64,000 nt of DNA from Batkoa obscura (lineage: Eukaryota): contig JASVEC010000026.1 in assembly GCA_030770535.1 (NCBI GenBank), positions 1-64,000 on the forward strand, read 5' to 3'. Of this stretch, positions 1-13,248 are shown piece by piece; the stretch's first letter is position 1; each line of letters starts with the position of its first letter. The notes beneath the pieces were generated by a model. It was not told the DNA's origin. It was given only the letters and a program-made list of their open reading frames with translations, and searched no databases. Made by a program: the position numbers and the translations under genes.

Positions 1-644
1 TGCTTATATTAAATAATGATCGAAATGTAATTAACATCCAATTTCATATACCATAGATTAGGTATGCATTTTGTATACAAATATATAAAAAATCACATAT
101 TATAGAAAATAATTTTACTTTTTTGTATAAGAAATTTTAAGATATAGAATATTTATAACTTATGTGCTTTTGTTTCATTTTATTATAATCTTTGAATCAT
201 TTTTGAACTTGCTTTAGAATTTTAATAAAATTTAATATTTTTACAATATTTTTTATTTTTATTTTAATAAAATAATTTGAGAAAGATTATTGGATATTAA
301 AATGAAAAGCTATTCTTATAGGTTCCTTCAAAATTCCTAATTAGAAATTCGCTATCGAATTTTCAACTTTAAAGAATTAGCTCATTTTTAAAATTTACTA
401 AATTGATTGAGAACTTTATTAACAATTCAACTCACATGGTGTTTTATTATTAAATAAATTAAATAATACTGCACCCAAATAATAGATGATTCAATTATTA
501 GCCTACTTTTAATACCTTAAAAATATGAGCTCACTATTATAATATTATTAAAATTATTAAGAAAAAGATATATAAACCAAAGAATTTGAATATTTAAATA
601 TTATAATACAATTTAATTCGATAAATATAAATATTCAATCAACA

Positions 645-1061
645 ATGCAATTCTTCCAAACTATCTTAGCTTTATCTGCTGCTTCATTAGTAGTTTCCCA
701 AGATGCTCAATCCAGCAATCCAACTCCATCCTCTTCTGCTACTGGAGTTCCAGATAAAGCTTCCTCTGTTTTATCCAAAGCTAGTGAAAGTGCTTCTTCT
801 ATTAAAGATGCAGAATCTAGTTCTCTTTCTTCTGTTAGATCCGAAGCTACTTCTGCTTCCGACTCTCTTAATTCAAAAATTTCTAGTCTTACTGAGTCAG
901 TAAGCTCTCAAATCTCTAGTATGCAATCCAGTGTCTCTAGTCAAATTCAATCTAAGAGTTCTGAAGTTAAAGGTAGTAGTACCTCAGATGCTTCAATTTC
1001 TAGCTTTAAATTTGTTGCTTACTCAGTTCCTGTATTGGCTGTCGCTTACGCTAATCTTTAA
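645..1061 (+). CDS. Ser-rich secreted, probably GPI-anchored cell-wall protein (138 aa)
   Basis: Signal peptide (MQFFQTILALSAASLVVS-QD), Ser-rich body, hydrophobic C-terminus (FVAYSVPVLAVAYANL). Confidence 0.8.
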   Translation: MQFFQTILALSAASLVVSQDAQSSNPTPSSSATGVPDKASSVLSKASESASSIKDAESSSLSSVRSEATSASDSLNSKISSLTESVSSQISSMQSSVSSQIQSKSSEVKGSSTSDASISSFKFVAYSVPVLAVAYANL

Positions 1062-2890
1062 ATTGTTGTATATCTTTTAAGCTTACTATCGTAAATAATA
1101 AAACAGTTAATATTTGATATTTTTGAGTTTTTATGTTTTTTTGAACTTAATTTTAAACTTGATTTAATCAAGGTTAACTTTTGTGATTGAAATTCAAACT
1201 AACTTATTTAATAAATAATAATCCAAATCATATATAATACAAAATAAAAGCTATATTACTTTTATCTTTATCAAATAGGTATATATATAGTTCATAAGAC
1301 TAGATAGGTATCTAATTTTAGCTTATATTTAATATAATAGATACACTTTTTATAAAAAATTTATCTACTAAATTTTCAAAAATTATCACTTCTTACTTAA
1401 GTGAACAAATAGTTTAAACAGAGAATACTGTCTACTGTCATATTCTACTTGAATCATAAAGCTGCTATAGGACTTGCTCAATTTTGTTTATATTTAAAAG
1501 ATTAAACTAAGCGAGAGTAAGGCTCTGAAGACTATATAATGTTATTAAATAGCTTTTTATAATACACAAAAGAGAGGTTACAGTTTTTATGCTGTTAAAT
1601 AGCATGTTCAAAGGTCTCAGGAATTTATTGTAACTTTTATTAAATCTTTGGAGAACCAATCAATTTCTAGATAATTTATCTGTAATTTTTAATATTTACA
1701 TTCAATTTGATATTTATAAAATGAAAGGTAAAAAAATAGCCCCTTTTCATGTTTTATATGAGAATTTTTTTTCTTGTTATAATTCATTCTCTTTTTAAAA
1801 ATTTTCACAAAATAAACTTAATGTTAGCCTTTTGTCTTGACTTATTTTTAGGGAAACACAGGTTTTAAACAGCAAACCATAGTCTATTTTTTAACTAATC
1901 AACCACTTATGCACAATTTCTTTTTAATAATTTCATTTCCATACTGAACTTATTTTTAATTATGTTATTTAATAAGTAGGTTCCTTAAGTTTAGACTTTA
2001 GTTTAAAAAACATAGTAAGTATAATTGTCAAATATACCTAAGTACTTATCGTTTTATGTTCTTTTCAAATATGATTTATTATTTCGTTAATTTTAAATTT
2101 ATTTATTTGTAATAAGTAATATAAAATATATAGAAACTTATTTTGAATAATAATTATCAATTAATAAATTAAATTAAGTTCAAAAAGTAACTTTGATATA
2201 CAAATTACCAAATCTTATTGTTAACTTAGTATTATCAAGTAATTAAATTTATTTAGAAATAGGAGTAAAAATAGAGAATAAAAGTTATTAGATACACAAA
2301 ATATGTTAAATCACTAAAACAAAACAAGGAAACTATAAATTATGTTTCATGCTTATTTATTTATTAAAGAACCACTATTAGATTCAACTTTTTGGAATAA
2401 GACTATTCTGATGCCTGAAGTATTAGATCCTGATAGTAAAATAGTATTAAAAAATACAATTAATATAATAATTTTTATTTTCAAAACTAAATGTCAAATT
2501 TTCATTTTATTTTATCAACCTTAAGCTAAAAATAAACTTAAATGAGGAAGTTACAAACTCTTCTAAAAATAAACCATAGTTTAAAAAGAAATACCGTAAG
2601 CCCAAATTAGAAGCAGAATTTTTAAGTTGATTGGAATGTAATTTTTGGAAGTTATAATTTAAATATTTTGGTGTTTTTAGCCAATGAAATCTCTGAAGCA
2701 ATCCATTAATCTGAGAAAGCTGCAAGAAATTCCATAGAACTTTGATTTGATTTGATAAAAAGCTAAAAATTGGTGGTTCCCGAACTTAAATCATCAATAA
2801 ATTTAAAGGTGTCACAATAATTATTATATAAATAACATGTAATTTATTACTTTACTTACTTTTTTTAAAACAATTTTAAACCTTAAAAAC

Positions 2891-4384
2891 ATGTTAAAGG
2901 GATTTATTTTATCTTTATTAGTGGCTTCATCACTTGCTTTGGACCCTATCATTGCCAAAGGAAATAAATTCTTCAATAAAAAAACTGGTGAAATATTCCA
3001 TGTGAAAGGTATAGCTTATCAACCCCGTGGAACTGCAGACGAATCCAAAAAAGATCCATTGGCCTTCCCAGAAAATTGTAAAAGAGATGTTGAATATTTC
3101 AAAGACTTAGGTCTTAATGTTGTTCGAGTATACGAAGTCGATCCCACTAAAGATCATAAAGAATGTATGAAGATTTTTGCTGATGCTGGTATTTATTTAG
3201 CATTAGATGTACCTATACCAAAATATTCTATTAATCGGGATGAACCTACTTACACTGTTGATATGTTGGATCACTTCAAACAAAATATTGATGCATTTGA
3301 TCAATTCGATAACGTTGCTTTCTACTTTGCAGGAAATGAAATTAACAATAATAAAACAAATACTGATGCTAATCCATTTGTTAAGGCTTCTTTAAGAGAT
3401 ATGAAAGCTTACATCAAAACTAAGAAGCATCAAGTATTAGTTGGATATGCTAACAACGATGATACTAATACTCGTAAAAATATTGAAGCTTATTTTAACT
3501 GTGGTAAAGATGAAGAAAGGGCTGATTTTTATTCTGTTAATGTCTATTCTTGGTGCCGCTCTGAATCATTTGAAGCTTCTGGTTATCCTGCCCTTACCAA
3601 AGAGTTTAAAGATTACAGCATCCCAATTTTCTTTAGTGAATATGGTTGTAATACCGCACGTCCTCGTGAATTCGTTAATGAATTAAAATCTATGTACGGA
3701 CCTGATATGGAGGAAGTAGTTGCTGGTGGTATCCTTTATGAATATACTCAAGAAACTAACAGATATGGTATTGTTAAAATCAACGGTGGCAAAGTAGAAA
3801 AGATTAAAGATGAATATGATAACTTTAAGAAAGCTCTTGCTGGCATCAAACCTAAGAAGTATACTATTGATAGTTATAACCCTAAAAATACCGAAGCTTC
3901 TACTTGTCCTAAAATTGGAAAGGATTGGGAAGCTAGTGAAAAATTACCACCAACACCTTCAAATAAAAAATGTAAATGTATCGTAGATTCATTAAGCTGT
4001 AAGGTCAAAAAAACCGACTTAAGTGGTGATGAAATTGGAAAAACATTTAAATACCTTTGTGAAAAGGCCGATTGTAAAAAAGGACTTGGTTCTGATCCTT
4101 CTAAAGGTGAATATGGTAACCTTTCTGGATGTTCAGCTATTGATCAACTTAGCTGGGCACTCAATGAAGTCTACATGAAAGAGAACAAGAATAGCGATGC
4201 TTGTGTTGGTGAAAGTGGATTAGGTGAAGTTCAAACTCCTAGTGGAGATCTTAAATCTTGTGATGGCGTAAAGGAAGATATCAGTGCTCCAGGTTCTGGA
4301 AGCAATGGTAGTAGTGGAGCTTCATTTACAAAATACTCTTCTTCTTTGTTAGCAGTTGCAGTTGTTGGTAATTACCTTCTTTAA
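2891..4384 (+). CDS. GAS1: GH72 beta-1,3-glucanosyltransferase (Gas/Gel/Phr family) with Cys-rich X8/CBM43 domain, GPI-anchored
   Basis: KGIAYQP, FAGNEI and FFSEYGCN family motifs (catalytic Glu), Cys-box after LPPTP, signal peptide and GPI-type tail. Confidence 0.93.
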   Translation: MLKGFILSLLVASSLALDPIIAKGNKFFNKKTGEIFHVKGIAYQPRGTADESKKDPLAFPENCKRDVEYFKDLGLNVVRVYEVDPTKDHKECMKIFADAGIYLALDVPIPKYSINRDEPTYTVDMLDHFKQNIDAFDQFDNVAFYFAGNEINNNKTNTDANPFVKASLRDMKAYIKTKKHQVLVGYANNDDTNTRKNIEAYFNCGKDEERADFYSVNVYSWCRSESFEASGYPALTKEFKDYSIPIFFSEYGCNTARPREFVNELKSMYGPDMEEVVAGGILYEYTQETNRYGIVKINGGKVEKIKDEYDNFKKALAGIKPKKYTIDSYNPKNTEASTCPKIGKDWEASEKLPPTPSNKKCKCIVDSLSCKVKKTDLSGDEIGKTFKYLCEKADCKKGLGSDPSKGEYGNLSGCSAIDQLSWALNEVYMKENKNSDACVGESGLGEVQTPSGDLKSCDGVKEDISAPGSGSNGSSGASFTKYSSSLLAVAVVGNYLL

Positions 4385-4521
4385 AGTAATACCGTTTATA
4401 TTATATATCATTAATTTTCAATAAAATTATTATAATTTAATTAATTTTGAGTGTCTTTTTAAAGATTTTATTTAATTTTTGGCCATTTATACTTTAAATT
4501 AGCTTGATTCTGTTATCTAGC

Positions 4522-4627
4522 ATTTAGGAATGTTTTTTACGTTTAAGAATTTTACTAATAAATTCTCCGCTTAAATAGCGCTTAAAGGATAGAAAAAGTA
4601 ATGGAGCCAAAAAAAACACTTCCATTT
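4522..4627. mobile_element. ~105-bp MITE copy (degenerate)
   Basis: Contains family core tttaagaattttacta...aaatagcgcttaaa...aaaaaacact. Confidence 0.7.
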
Positions 4628-5395
4628 TATCTGAACATGTTTTATCCTAAAAATCTGAAAATAAAAGGGATGTTTCTTTCTTTTACTATTTTGTTCACTT
4701 TTAAGCTTTAATTTAGAAAACTATCAGCTAAATTTAAGACAACAAAACATCAGTATGCGCTGCTTGTATGTTGTATTTGCGCACTTCTTGAGAGAAAAAT
4801 GCGCACTATTAAATTTTAGCTTACCTTTTTAGATAAGAAGCCAGAACAATCTCGGATTTTTTTATTACACATCCATAAAGGATAGTATAATTTATTTAAT
4901 AGTATTAAGAAAATGAAGGGATAGAGGTAAGAAGGTTAATTGCGTAACAAAAACCTCCTTTCATTTCTTTTAAGTATTGGAATTAATAAATTCGAAATAA
5001 GCAAGAAAAATAGTGATGAATTTTATACATAATAGAAAGGAGTAATTTTTCATTTAAAAGACTTGAGTAATAAGGACGTAATTTTCTAAGAAAGATATTA
5101 TTGTTAATAAATACAATTTCTTATATAAATTAAATTAATATTAGCCTATAATATCCTTAAAAGCATTCATAAAAATCTTTACGAGATATACTTACTTATA
5201 CTAGAATATACTTGATCCATTTAAATTAAAATTACTACATAAAGTATGTTAGACTCTAAGAGGATCTTGGATATGAAAATCTTATAATCATCCAGACAGT
5301 TCATTTGTTTTATAAAACTTTATTATTGATAGTTATTTAAAGTTCCACTAAATAAAATCACTTCCAATTGAATCTTTTAGAAACCCAATATCAGA

Positions 5396-5502
5396 ATATG
5401 AGGATATATTTTTTTGTTTAAGAATTTTACTATCAAGTTTTCCACTCAAATAGCGCTTAAAAGATGGAAAAAATAATGAAGTCGAAAAAAACACTCCCAT
5501 AT
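5396..5502. mobile_element. ~105-bp MITE copy
   Basis: atatgagga...actcccatat terminal inverted repeats plus family core. Confidence 0.8.
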
Positions 5503-5704
5503 ACTCACTCTATTCATTTTTATGTAATGTAAAATCAAAAACTACATTAATACAGAAACGAGGGCATAAATGATTTAAGTTTTTCATGTGTAGTTAACAT
5601 TGAAAGCGATATTAAAAAAGAATTTGTAGATAAAAGACTAATTATTAATATAAAAAACTTTATTTATAAGTCGAGATTTTAAAGTATATTAATTACTAAT
5701 TAAA

Positions 5705-6211
5705 TTATAAGTTGTTAGCAGCGAACAAGGCTAAAGCTGCTGAGAAGACGAAATATTGTGGTTCACTTACAATTGAACTAGAGCTAGAGTTACTAGAAGA
5801 TAATTTAGAGCTGGTACTGGAAGCTTTAGATGAAGCAGATGAAGCCTTTGAAGATAATGAGCCTGAAGCAGATGAAATGCTATCAGAAGCTGAACTTATA
5901 GCTGAAGAAACATTATCAGTAGCTTTGCTTACGGCAGATGAAAGAGAATCGGTGGCTTTGCTTACAGCAGAAGATACAGAATCAGTGGCCTTAGAGACAT
6001 CAGTAGAATCAGTGATTTTAGTAGCAGAATTTCCAGCACTAGTTTTAACGTTATCAACTAAACTGGAAGCATTGGTGAAGATGTCGTTAGCTGCGTTAGC
6101 AATATCATTACCGACGGCACCAAGGGCATCAGTGATTTTTTTACCAGTATCATCTTGAGCTAAAGTAGATGAAGCTAATACAGTAACGAAGGCGAGTTTG
6201 GTGAATTGCAT
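5705..6211 (-). CDS. Ser/Ala-rich secreted, probably GPI-anchored protein with 11-aa repeats (168 aa)
   Basis: Signal peptide MQF...TLA-QD, VSKATD x3 at 11-aa spacing, hydrophobic C-terminus ...ALALFAANNL. Confidence 0.8.
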   Translation of the reverse strand: MQFTKLAFVTVLASSTLAQDDTGKKITDALGAVGNDIANAANDIFTNASSLVDNVKTSAGNSATKITDSTDVSKATDSVSSAVSKATDSLSSAVSKATDNVSSAISSASDSISSASGSLSSKASSASSKASSTSSKLSSSNSSSSSIVSEPQYFVFSAALALFAANNL

Positions 6212-7508
6212 TTTAGATATTATTAAGTTATTGAAATTATAAATATAAATTTATTTGTTATTTAATTTTAAGAGATGAGTTGAACCCTTTTTATATACTA
6301 ATTTTTTCTGCTAAACTATATAATTTATTTTTAGATCCCTTGTTTTTCCGCTATTTCGATTACGCTATTTCGAGTTTATGGGAACAATAGGTTACTATTA
6401 TGAGCATTATAACGAGTAATATTAAATAGTGGTAAATATCCTGCTAATTAGTGGTGGATTTTTGCCAAGGAATTTCAAGCCATAAATTCATTATTATTAA
6501 ATATTCCTATCTTAAAGGTTTGATTGGCCTCTAAAAATTCAGCAATGCATAAATGTGGCTCTACCAACTGAGTCACCTTTACCTAATTGCACATTTAACT
6601 TATAATTTTGCTTGAACTCTCTTATTTAAGTTAATAAAACAAAAATGGATTAATTAATAACACACAGGGCATAGTTTGAGTTAAAGATGAAAATGAAAGA
6701 TACAAGAAAATCTTAGCTTAAACCCTTCCTCAAGAAAATACTACTTGGCGTGTTTCTATTTTTAAGTTTATTAATATAGAAATAACATATTGGCGTTTTC
6801 AACTTAACCAAACTTTTCCAAATTATTCTGTAACTAGGCAATTAAAACGGAGATCCTTAAAGCTGCTACTTTAATGTACAGAAAATAATTAAGAAAGATC
6901 AATTATTAAAAATCTCAAATCATTAATACAAATGAAGAATAAATAACATTAGAATAAAGTATTTTCTAATTAATTGTTTTTATAAAGGATCCACTTAACA
7001 ATCTATATGTTATTATTTTTTACACAACAATCTATAGTTATTATTGTTACTAAAGTTTAATTAAAAAATAGCATTGCAACTTTATTTATTGTTTTAATGT
7101 TTTTAGAACTCTTATATAACATAGTTCTTTTATGTTTTATTTTTGAAAGTGATTAAAAGTTAAAGAATTACGATTCTCAATTGCCCACTAAACATTTTTT
7201 AAATTTGAATTTTAATAGGTGAGCGTTTGTTCTTTAAAAAGGAGGTTGGGCTTTGCCCATTTAAGCTTAGTTTTTAAACAGTAATTTTCTAATTTATGTT
7301 AATTTAACCTATTAAATGGTTATGACGAATATATACATTCAAATAAAAGGTGACATTAATCAAATATGTTAAAAAATTAGCTGATCAAGGATTGATTTGA
7401 TTAGCTAATTTTTTTTGGATTTTATTGGCCCCATATTGTTATTGACGAATTCGATTAAAGGGATTAGTTGTAATCAAATTCTTAAAAAAGTTGGTGACGC
7501 TCAAGAGG

Positions 7509-8465
7509 TCAAGCAGTTTGTGGTTTAGCAAGTTCAATACTGTTAGTGGCACCGAGAATACGTTTAATATCGCCGTAAATAGCGAACTGGCCTGATGTAA
7601 GGGCACCAACCATGATAATACGAGCGCCAAGGCCAAGAAAGAGCCCACGTGGACCAAGTTCTTTAGCCGCGATGATTAAGCGAGGTACAATAGACCCTTC
7701 AGCACCCTTTTGTTTATTGATTTTAGAGAGAAGGGTATCAGCTGGTTGGGATATAATAGCAGCAGCAAAACCAGCAATCAAACCAGCACCAAGGTTGATA
7801 TAAGTATTAGTGACTGGAGAAAGTTGTTCCTTTGATTTGCCAATGGAAGCGTAGATGGCTTCAGTGGCACGTTCGTAGGCAACAAATTTAGTCATGTTGT
7901 ATGGAACTTGTTTGAAAAGAATCGGGATGAAACCGGAGTAGAAACCACGGGCTATACCTTCTTCTTTAAAGATACGACTGAAACCCGATATAAGGCCAGT
8001 AGCGAATCCAGGTTGAGAAACAAGACGAATACGAGTGGCTTCAAGTGGGCAAAGAGCGATATCAGCAAAGAATTCAGCAATAGCTGAAGAAGCAAGGTAT
8101 ACGGCAGTACGATTGTTAGTGGCAGTTTCAACACCAACTGTTTCAATAATGGTCTTTTTGAAGAATTCATATCCCCCAAATTTAAAGGCACCTTGAATAA
8201 AATAACCAGTAACAGTTGGTCCAAGACCAGTAAGAAGGATACCAGCACCTTCATTCTTAACTACTTGGCGGAAAGAACCAAGCATTCCATTTTTGTACAC
8301 AGTTGGTTCAAGCTGCATACGAGTTTTAACAACATCAATTGGGGTTAAAGTACCATGGGTAACAGCGCAGGAAATGGCACCTGCAAAGGCAGAGCGGGCA
8401 AAAAAGTCTATTCCAGTTGGTGGAGCAGATTCTTTAGGCTTACGAGCAATAATATTTGAGTGCAT
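7509..8465 (-). CDS. Mitochondrial phosphate carrier (Mir1/Pic2-type)
   Basis: Three carrier signatures ([29 protein letters not shown]); [14 protein letters not shown] and ILFKQVPY are typical of the phosphate carrier. Confidence 0.93.
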   Translation of the reverse strand: MHSNIIARKPKESAPPTGIDFFARSAFAGAISCAVTHGTLTPIDVVKTRMQLEPTVYKNGMLGSFRQVVKNEGAGILLTGLGPTVTGYFIQGAFKFGGYEFFKKTIIETVGVETATNNRTAVYLASSAIAEFFADIALCPLEATRIRLVSQPGFATGLISGFSRIFKEEGIARGFYSGFIPILFKQVPYNMTKFVAYERATEAIYASIGKSKEQLSPVTNTYINLGAGLIAGFAAAIISQPADTLLSKINKQKGAEGSIVPRLIIAAKELGPRGLFLGLGARIIMVGALTSGQFAIYGDIKRILGATNSIELAKPQTA

Positions 8466-9059
8466 ATTAATTAATAGCTAATAGCTTTTAATAGCGGGAT
8501 CGTAAAATTATAAGTCTAAGTATAATAAAGAAAAGTTCGAAATTTTTTAATTTTGTTGAAACTTAAAGATCATGATATATTATAACCAATTAAGAAAATA
8601 GAACATTTGACCTTTCAGTTGAGATGTATAACTTTTCTCAAGCTATATTTGAGGTTGGAAATGTAAGCCTTTCAATTGGCTATCGCTTTTTACACATTTC
8701 GAATTCTCAATTCAACAGATCAAGTGTCTCTTCGCTATTTTTATAATTGGTTATACTATCTTTTTTATCTTAAATTAGTTCATCCCCAATTTATTTAATA
8801 TATTGCTCTATGAATCTCCAAGTTAAATGTTAGGGGTTAATAGTGATGAATAATGAAATAAGTTAGCAAAAAAACACTATCGAAATACATCAAAAAAAAA
8901 GTAAAAACAAAAAAATTAAAGAAATAAAAATTAATAATTATTAGTAGTAAAAATATAAAATAATAATACAAAATTTTTAATATCAAATTAAATATTTTTT
9001 AAACCAGCTATCATTAATATAAAAAATATCAAACAAAAAAGAGAGGATCCATCATTGAA

Positions 9060-9740
9060 CTAAATTAAATGGTATTTGGACTGTTTAAATCGAAGTAATT
9101 CAAGTTTACGAAAAGCCAGCTTTTGACGGTATCTTAGCACTGTACCAGCCAGATAGGAAACTAAAGATAAGGATAGCAATATGGAATAAATCGATAATCC
9201 TATTGGGAACCCTACTAAGTAAGTCCCATCTGCTTCCAATTGAGCATCATAAGTATACCCTTTTAACTTAACTCTCTTTTTGTTAGGTACATTTGACTGT
9301 TGAGTAATATTATTTGTGGCTTCGATATTAGTAGTAGTATTAGTTTCAAATTTAATAATATTCCACTTATCAAGTGACATATTAAAATCATTTGAATCTA
9401 TTAATTTTGATTTAATAATAATTTGAAATTGCACATCATTACTTGATTTTATTGTAAAATTATTATCATTAAAATTGTAAATTAAGTTAGTTGGTATTAT
9501 ATTCATAATTTGAATCTCATTATTTTGAAATTGATTACTTAAATAATAAGTTGTATCTGGTGTTATATTCCATTGAATCGTATAGTTGACTTCAATGACA
9601 TTACTTTCTACGCGCTTAATGTCATTGACACTTGTAAGTAAAGAATAGTTGTTGGCATTATCGCATTTTATAAGAAATAAAGAAGAGAAATAAAGAAATA
9701 AATAGAAATAATAATAATTAATAGAAGGCATTAATTTCAT
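9060..9740 (-). CDS. Hypothetical type I membrane protein (226 aa)
   Basis: N-terminal hydrophobic segment, Asn-rich luminal part, C-terminal TM followed by basic residues. Confidence 0.65.
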   Translation of the reverse strand: MKLMPSINYYYFYLFLYFSSLFLIKCDNANNYSLLTSVNDIKRVESNVIEVNYTIQWNITPDTTYYLSNQFQNNEIQIMNIIPTNLIYNFNDNNFTIKSSNDVQFQIIIKSKLIDSNDFNMSLDKWNIIKFETNTTTNIEATNNITQQSNVPNKKRVKLKGYTYDAQLEADGTYLVGFPIGLSIYSILLSLSLVSYLAGTVLRYRQKLAFRKLELLRFKQSKYHLI

Positions 9741-11043
9741 TATTAAAAAGTAGAATAAAAAACATTAAAAGATAAACCTATTGTTTATTAAAATTATTAT
9801 TTATTTGTTGATACCCCCTTCTTTTTTAATTCAGTTAGCTTTCATTTATCTTCAACAAGTATTATTTGCCATGTGAAAATTGCTAAATTTAGACTTTACG
9901 TTGTATGGACTTTGTTGATTTACCTAATATACGAAGGTTTTCTTAATACCCTATTGGTTATCATTTTCATTGTTTGAAATAACATTAAGAGCTGATTTAA
10001 TGTTTGCTTTTCAAGGCTTATTGAAAATTAAGATTTTAATAGTAAATTTTTACTACGCTTTGGTAGATTAGTCAAAGAGTGTACAAGCATTTATTTTTCC
10101 AAAGCATTAATACAGAAATTTGATAAATTTTTTGAGTTTTAAGGCATAAAGCCAAGAGTTTATTTACGAAAATTAAAAATAAACATTTTTTAATATAAAA
10201 AACTGTAAAATTAAATCATTTAAACAGTATAACATACTATTTTTATAAATTAAAAATAACTAAATTATAATATTTGGATTTGTAAGTTAATTGATTAAAT
10301 ATTTTCAAATTTTAATTAAAATGTCCCAGTTTAATCTAGTAGCTATAATCTTATTATAGTTATTTTACTTGGCGAAAATGATTCATTTTTAATTATCCCC
10401 CTATTTTTTTATTTTCAAAATGAAACGCTGTTTTAGCAGTAAAAGGCTAAAAGACATAGCATAGTTTATAAAAATATATCTCTTTCATATCTAAGTTGTT
10501 TCTTATAATTATCCTACTGTTGATTTACATTTAATATACAATTTATGGTATTGGAAATTTGATCTTTACGTCTGTTTAAAACATAAGCAATTAAAAAATC
10601 AAATCAAAGTTCAGGTGCCAAAAGAAAACAACTTAAAAATAAAAGTAAAACCTTTATAAAGAAGGAATTTATTGAATTAGTAATAAAAATGGAAGTTAAA
10701 AAGATAACTAATTATAATAATAAGATAATAGTAATAGCCGGAAGTTGTTATAAACACTTGGGGAGACATTAGAAGTTAGTGATTTCCAACTTTAAAATGT
10801 AGCATTTATTGCTCCATTAGTTTGAGATTGTGGTCTTATTCCTAATAAAATGAACAAAATTAAATATAAATATAAATATATATTAGTTATAATAAAAAAT
10901 AAATCAAAGCATTATTTATTAAAATTTATTTGTTATACTTAATTAAAAATTTTAACATGATCAAATTAAAACAGTACACATAAATTTATAAAAGCAGGTG
11001 TTTATATTTTAAAAGTTCAATAAAATTTTAATTTAATAATAAA

Positions 11044-11149
11044 ATATGAGGATGTATTTTTTTGTTTAGGAGTTTTACTAACAATTTTCCACTCAAATAG
11101 CGCATAAAAAATGGAAAAAGTGATGAAATCAAAAAAAACATCCTCATAT
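11044..11149. mobile_element. ~105-bp MITE copy
   Basis: Perfect TIR atatgaggatgt...acatcctcatat. Confidence 0.85.
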
Positions 11150-13248
11150 GCTAAAAAAGGCTTTGAAGTATAATGTTTCTTTAAATGTTGAGTTTTCAAT
11201 AATTAATTAAAAAGTATTGTAGATTTATTATTAAGTAGATATTTTTTATTAAAGCACAATATAACAAATAACTAAGATCATCAGGGTTATGTAATGGAAA
11301 ATAAATCAAAGCATGTTAGGTGCTATCTTATAAAGTAAGCAATAAAATAGAAAATTTACTTGATTATGACATATAGTAAAAGCTACTTATGCTTTATATA
11401 ACTGTGATACATCTCCGCTCAAACCTTTGAGTATTGAATCCAATTGTGGAAAATTCCACTTATATGGAGGAAAGGGTAGGTATTTCATTTTCAGGAGGGA
11501 ACTATTAAAGGATTTAAAAAATATAAAAAATACTTTAGATAACATGCCGATGATAGAAAAGAAGCTGATTTTGAAGGATTTGAGCTACATAATGCAGATG
11601 AAAATCTGCCTCATTAATTCTTTGATTCGACTTAAGTTATTGCCCTGATAGTTATAACCAGATTTTCTAATAACAACTTGATTTATCCTTGAAGCTATCA
11701 ATGTGTTTATGAATGCATTCGTGCCAAACAAGATGGGAGTTATATTACTATCTTGTGGCGGCCGAAAGGTTGTATCGCAGATTATTACAAAAAGACTTTA
11801 TGTAACCTATGATTGTCTAGTTTTAAAACCTGGTGAATGCGATATTGCTTATATGAAATTCGTGCATTATTATAATTATTGACTCCAACGGTTACTGTCA
11901 AAAAGTTGAATAAATTTTCTATTGATGGCGGAAGCTTGTTTTTTTAATATTTAATAAATGTTGTCACAAATTACTTTATCCGTTTCTTTATTTTTATGTT
12001 ATCTTTCATCTTAGTGTTTTGAATATTAATATCCTTATAAAGTTTTTCAAACACGCTATTGTATATTTAGCACTTAATATACATAAGATTCTCTTTTATT
12101 TATTTAAGTTTACTTTTGGTCATAATAGTTATTATATAACGTAGATAAAAATACTTGTGCTGCCAAAGCAGGGGATTTTGTTAAGAAAATATAAGACAAG
12201 AAGTATTATAAAATAAAAAGGATGGAACAATTTATATTTAAATTCTCTATGAATAAGGAAATATTCAATTTTTTTTGATTATTTTTTAAAGTCAACGCCC
12301 TATGCTCCAGGACTTTGGTTTTTGGAGTAACAAAGTTATTCAAAGGAAATACATTTATTGAATTTACACCAATACTTTATAAAGAATCTATAAATTATAT
12401 ACACACAGACAAAATATTAAAAGTTTACTTACTTGATTAGGACTTTTAGTTTAGATGCTTTTATTTAAAATTATGTAGTATTTAAATTTGGACCCTATTT
12501 ACAACTTGGTTAAGCTGTTGTGATGACATTATCCTAAATAAATAATTTTTAAACAAAATAATAAATTTAAAAATACCTTTTTTGTGTAAAACGCAGATTT
12601 TGTCCCAAAAATTATAAACTATAATCCTTGGCAAAATATCTTAATACTTTATAGGGTGAGAAATGTTAGCGTCTCTTTTTTTTGACTCTTATATGGTTTT
12701 ATTCATCTTATAAAAATAAATTTTAGTATTGATAAAAGTTTTAAAACATACCATATATTATTTATGGTTATGCTAAAACTTCGTTATGAGTTTATATCTT
12801 TAAGTATGTAGTAGAATTTATTTAATAAATCCTGATAACTTTTTAAAAAACAAATAAGTTATTACAATTTCAATACTCAACATTTAGTAAGGCTGTAAAC
12901 GATTCGCTATGTTGTATTGCTTTAATAAGAACTTCGAGTTTGTGTAAAAATTTGAAATTCCTTATAACAAATCATGTCAATATAATTTGAAATAGGATTG
13001 ACTAGAATAATGAACTTTTTAACTATATTATAAAACTTTGACAAAGATATATTGCTACAATAATATTAACACGTAATATCTATATATTAATATTATTTAT
13101 TTGCTATTTTTAATTACATCATGAATTAAATTTGGATGAAAAAAACGAGAATTCTAATTTTTAAAATCCCGAAAGGGTCCAAAAGCTTAAATTATTTTCG
13201 AAAAGTAGGAACCAAATAGGAACACTTTTTGTATCAAAAAATATATAA

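Noticed and set aside
5712..6158. 148-aa plus-strand ORF
   Set aside because: Antisense shadow of the Ser/Ala-rich gene; non-ATG start.
11017..11199. Short ORFs overlapping MITEs (also 43643-43885 and 49261-49443)
   Set aside because: Translations of the repeat or of the BolA relic; non-ATG starts.
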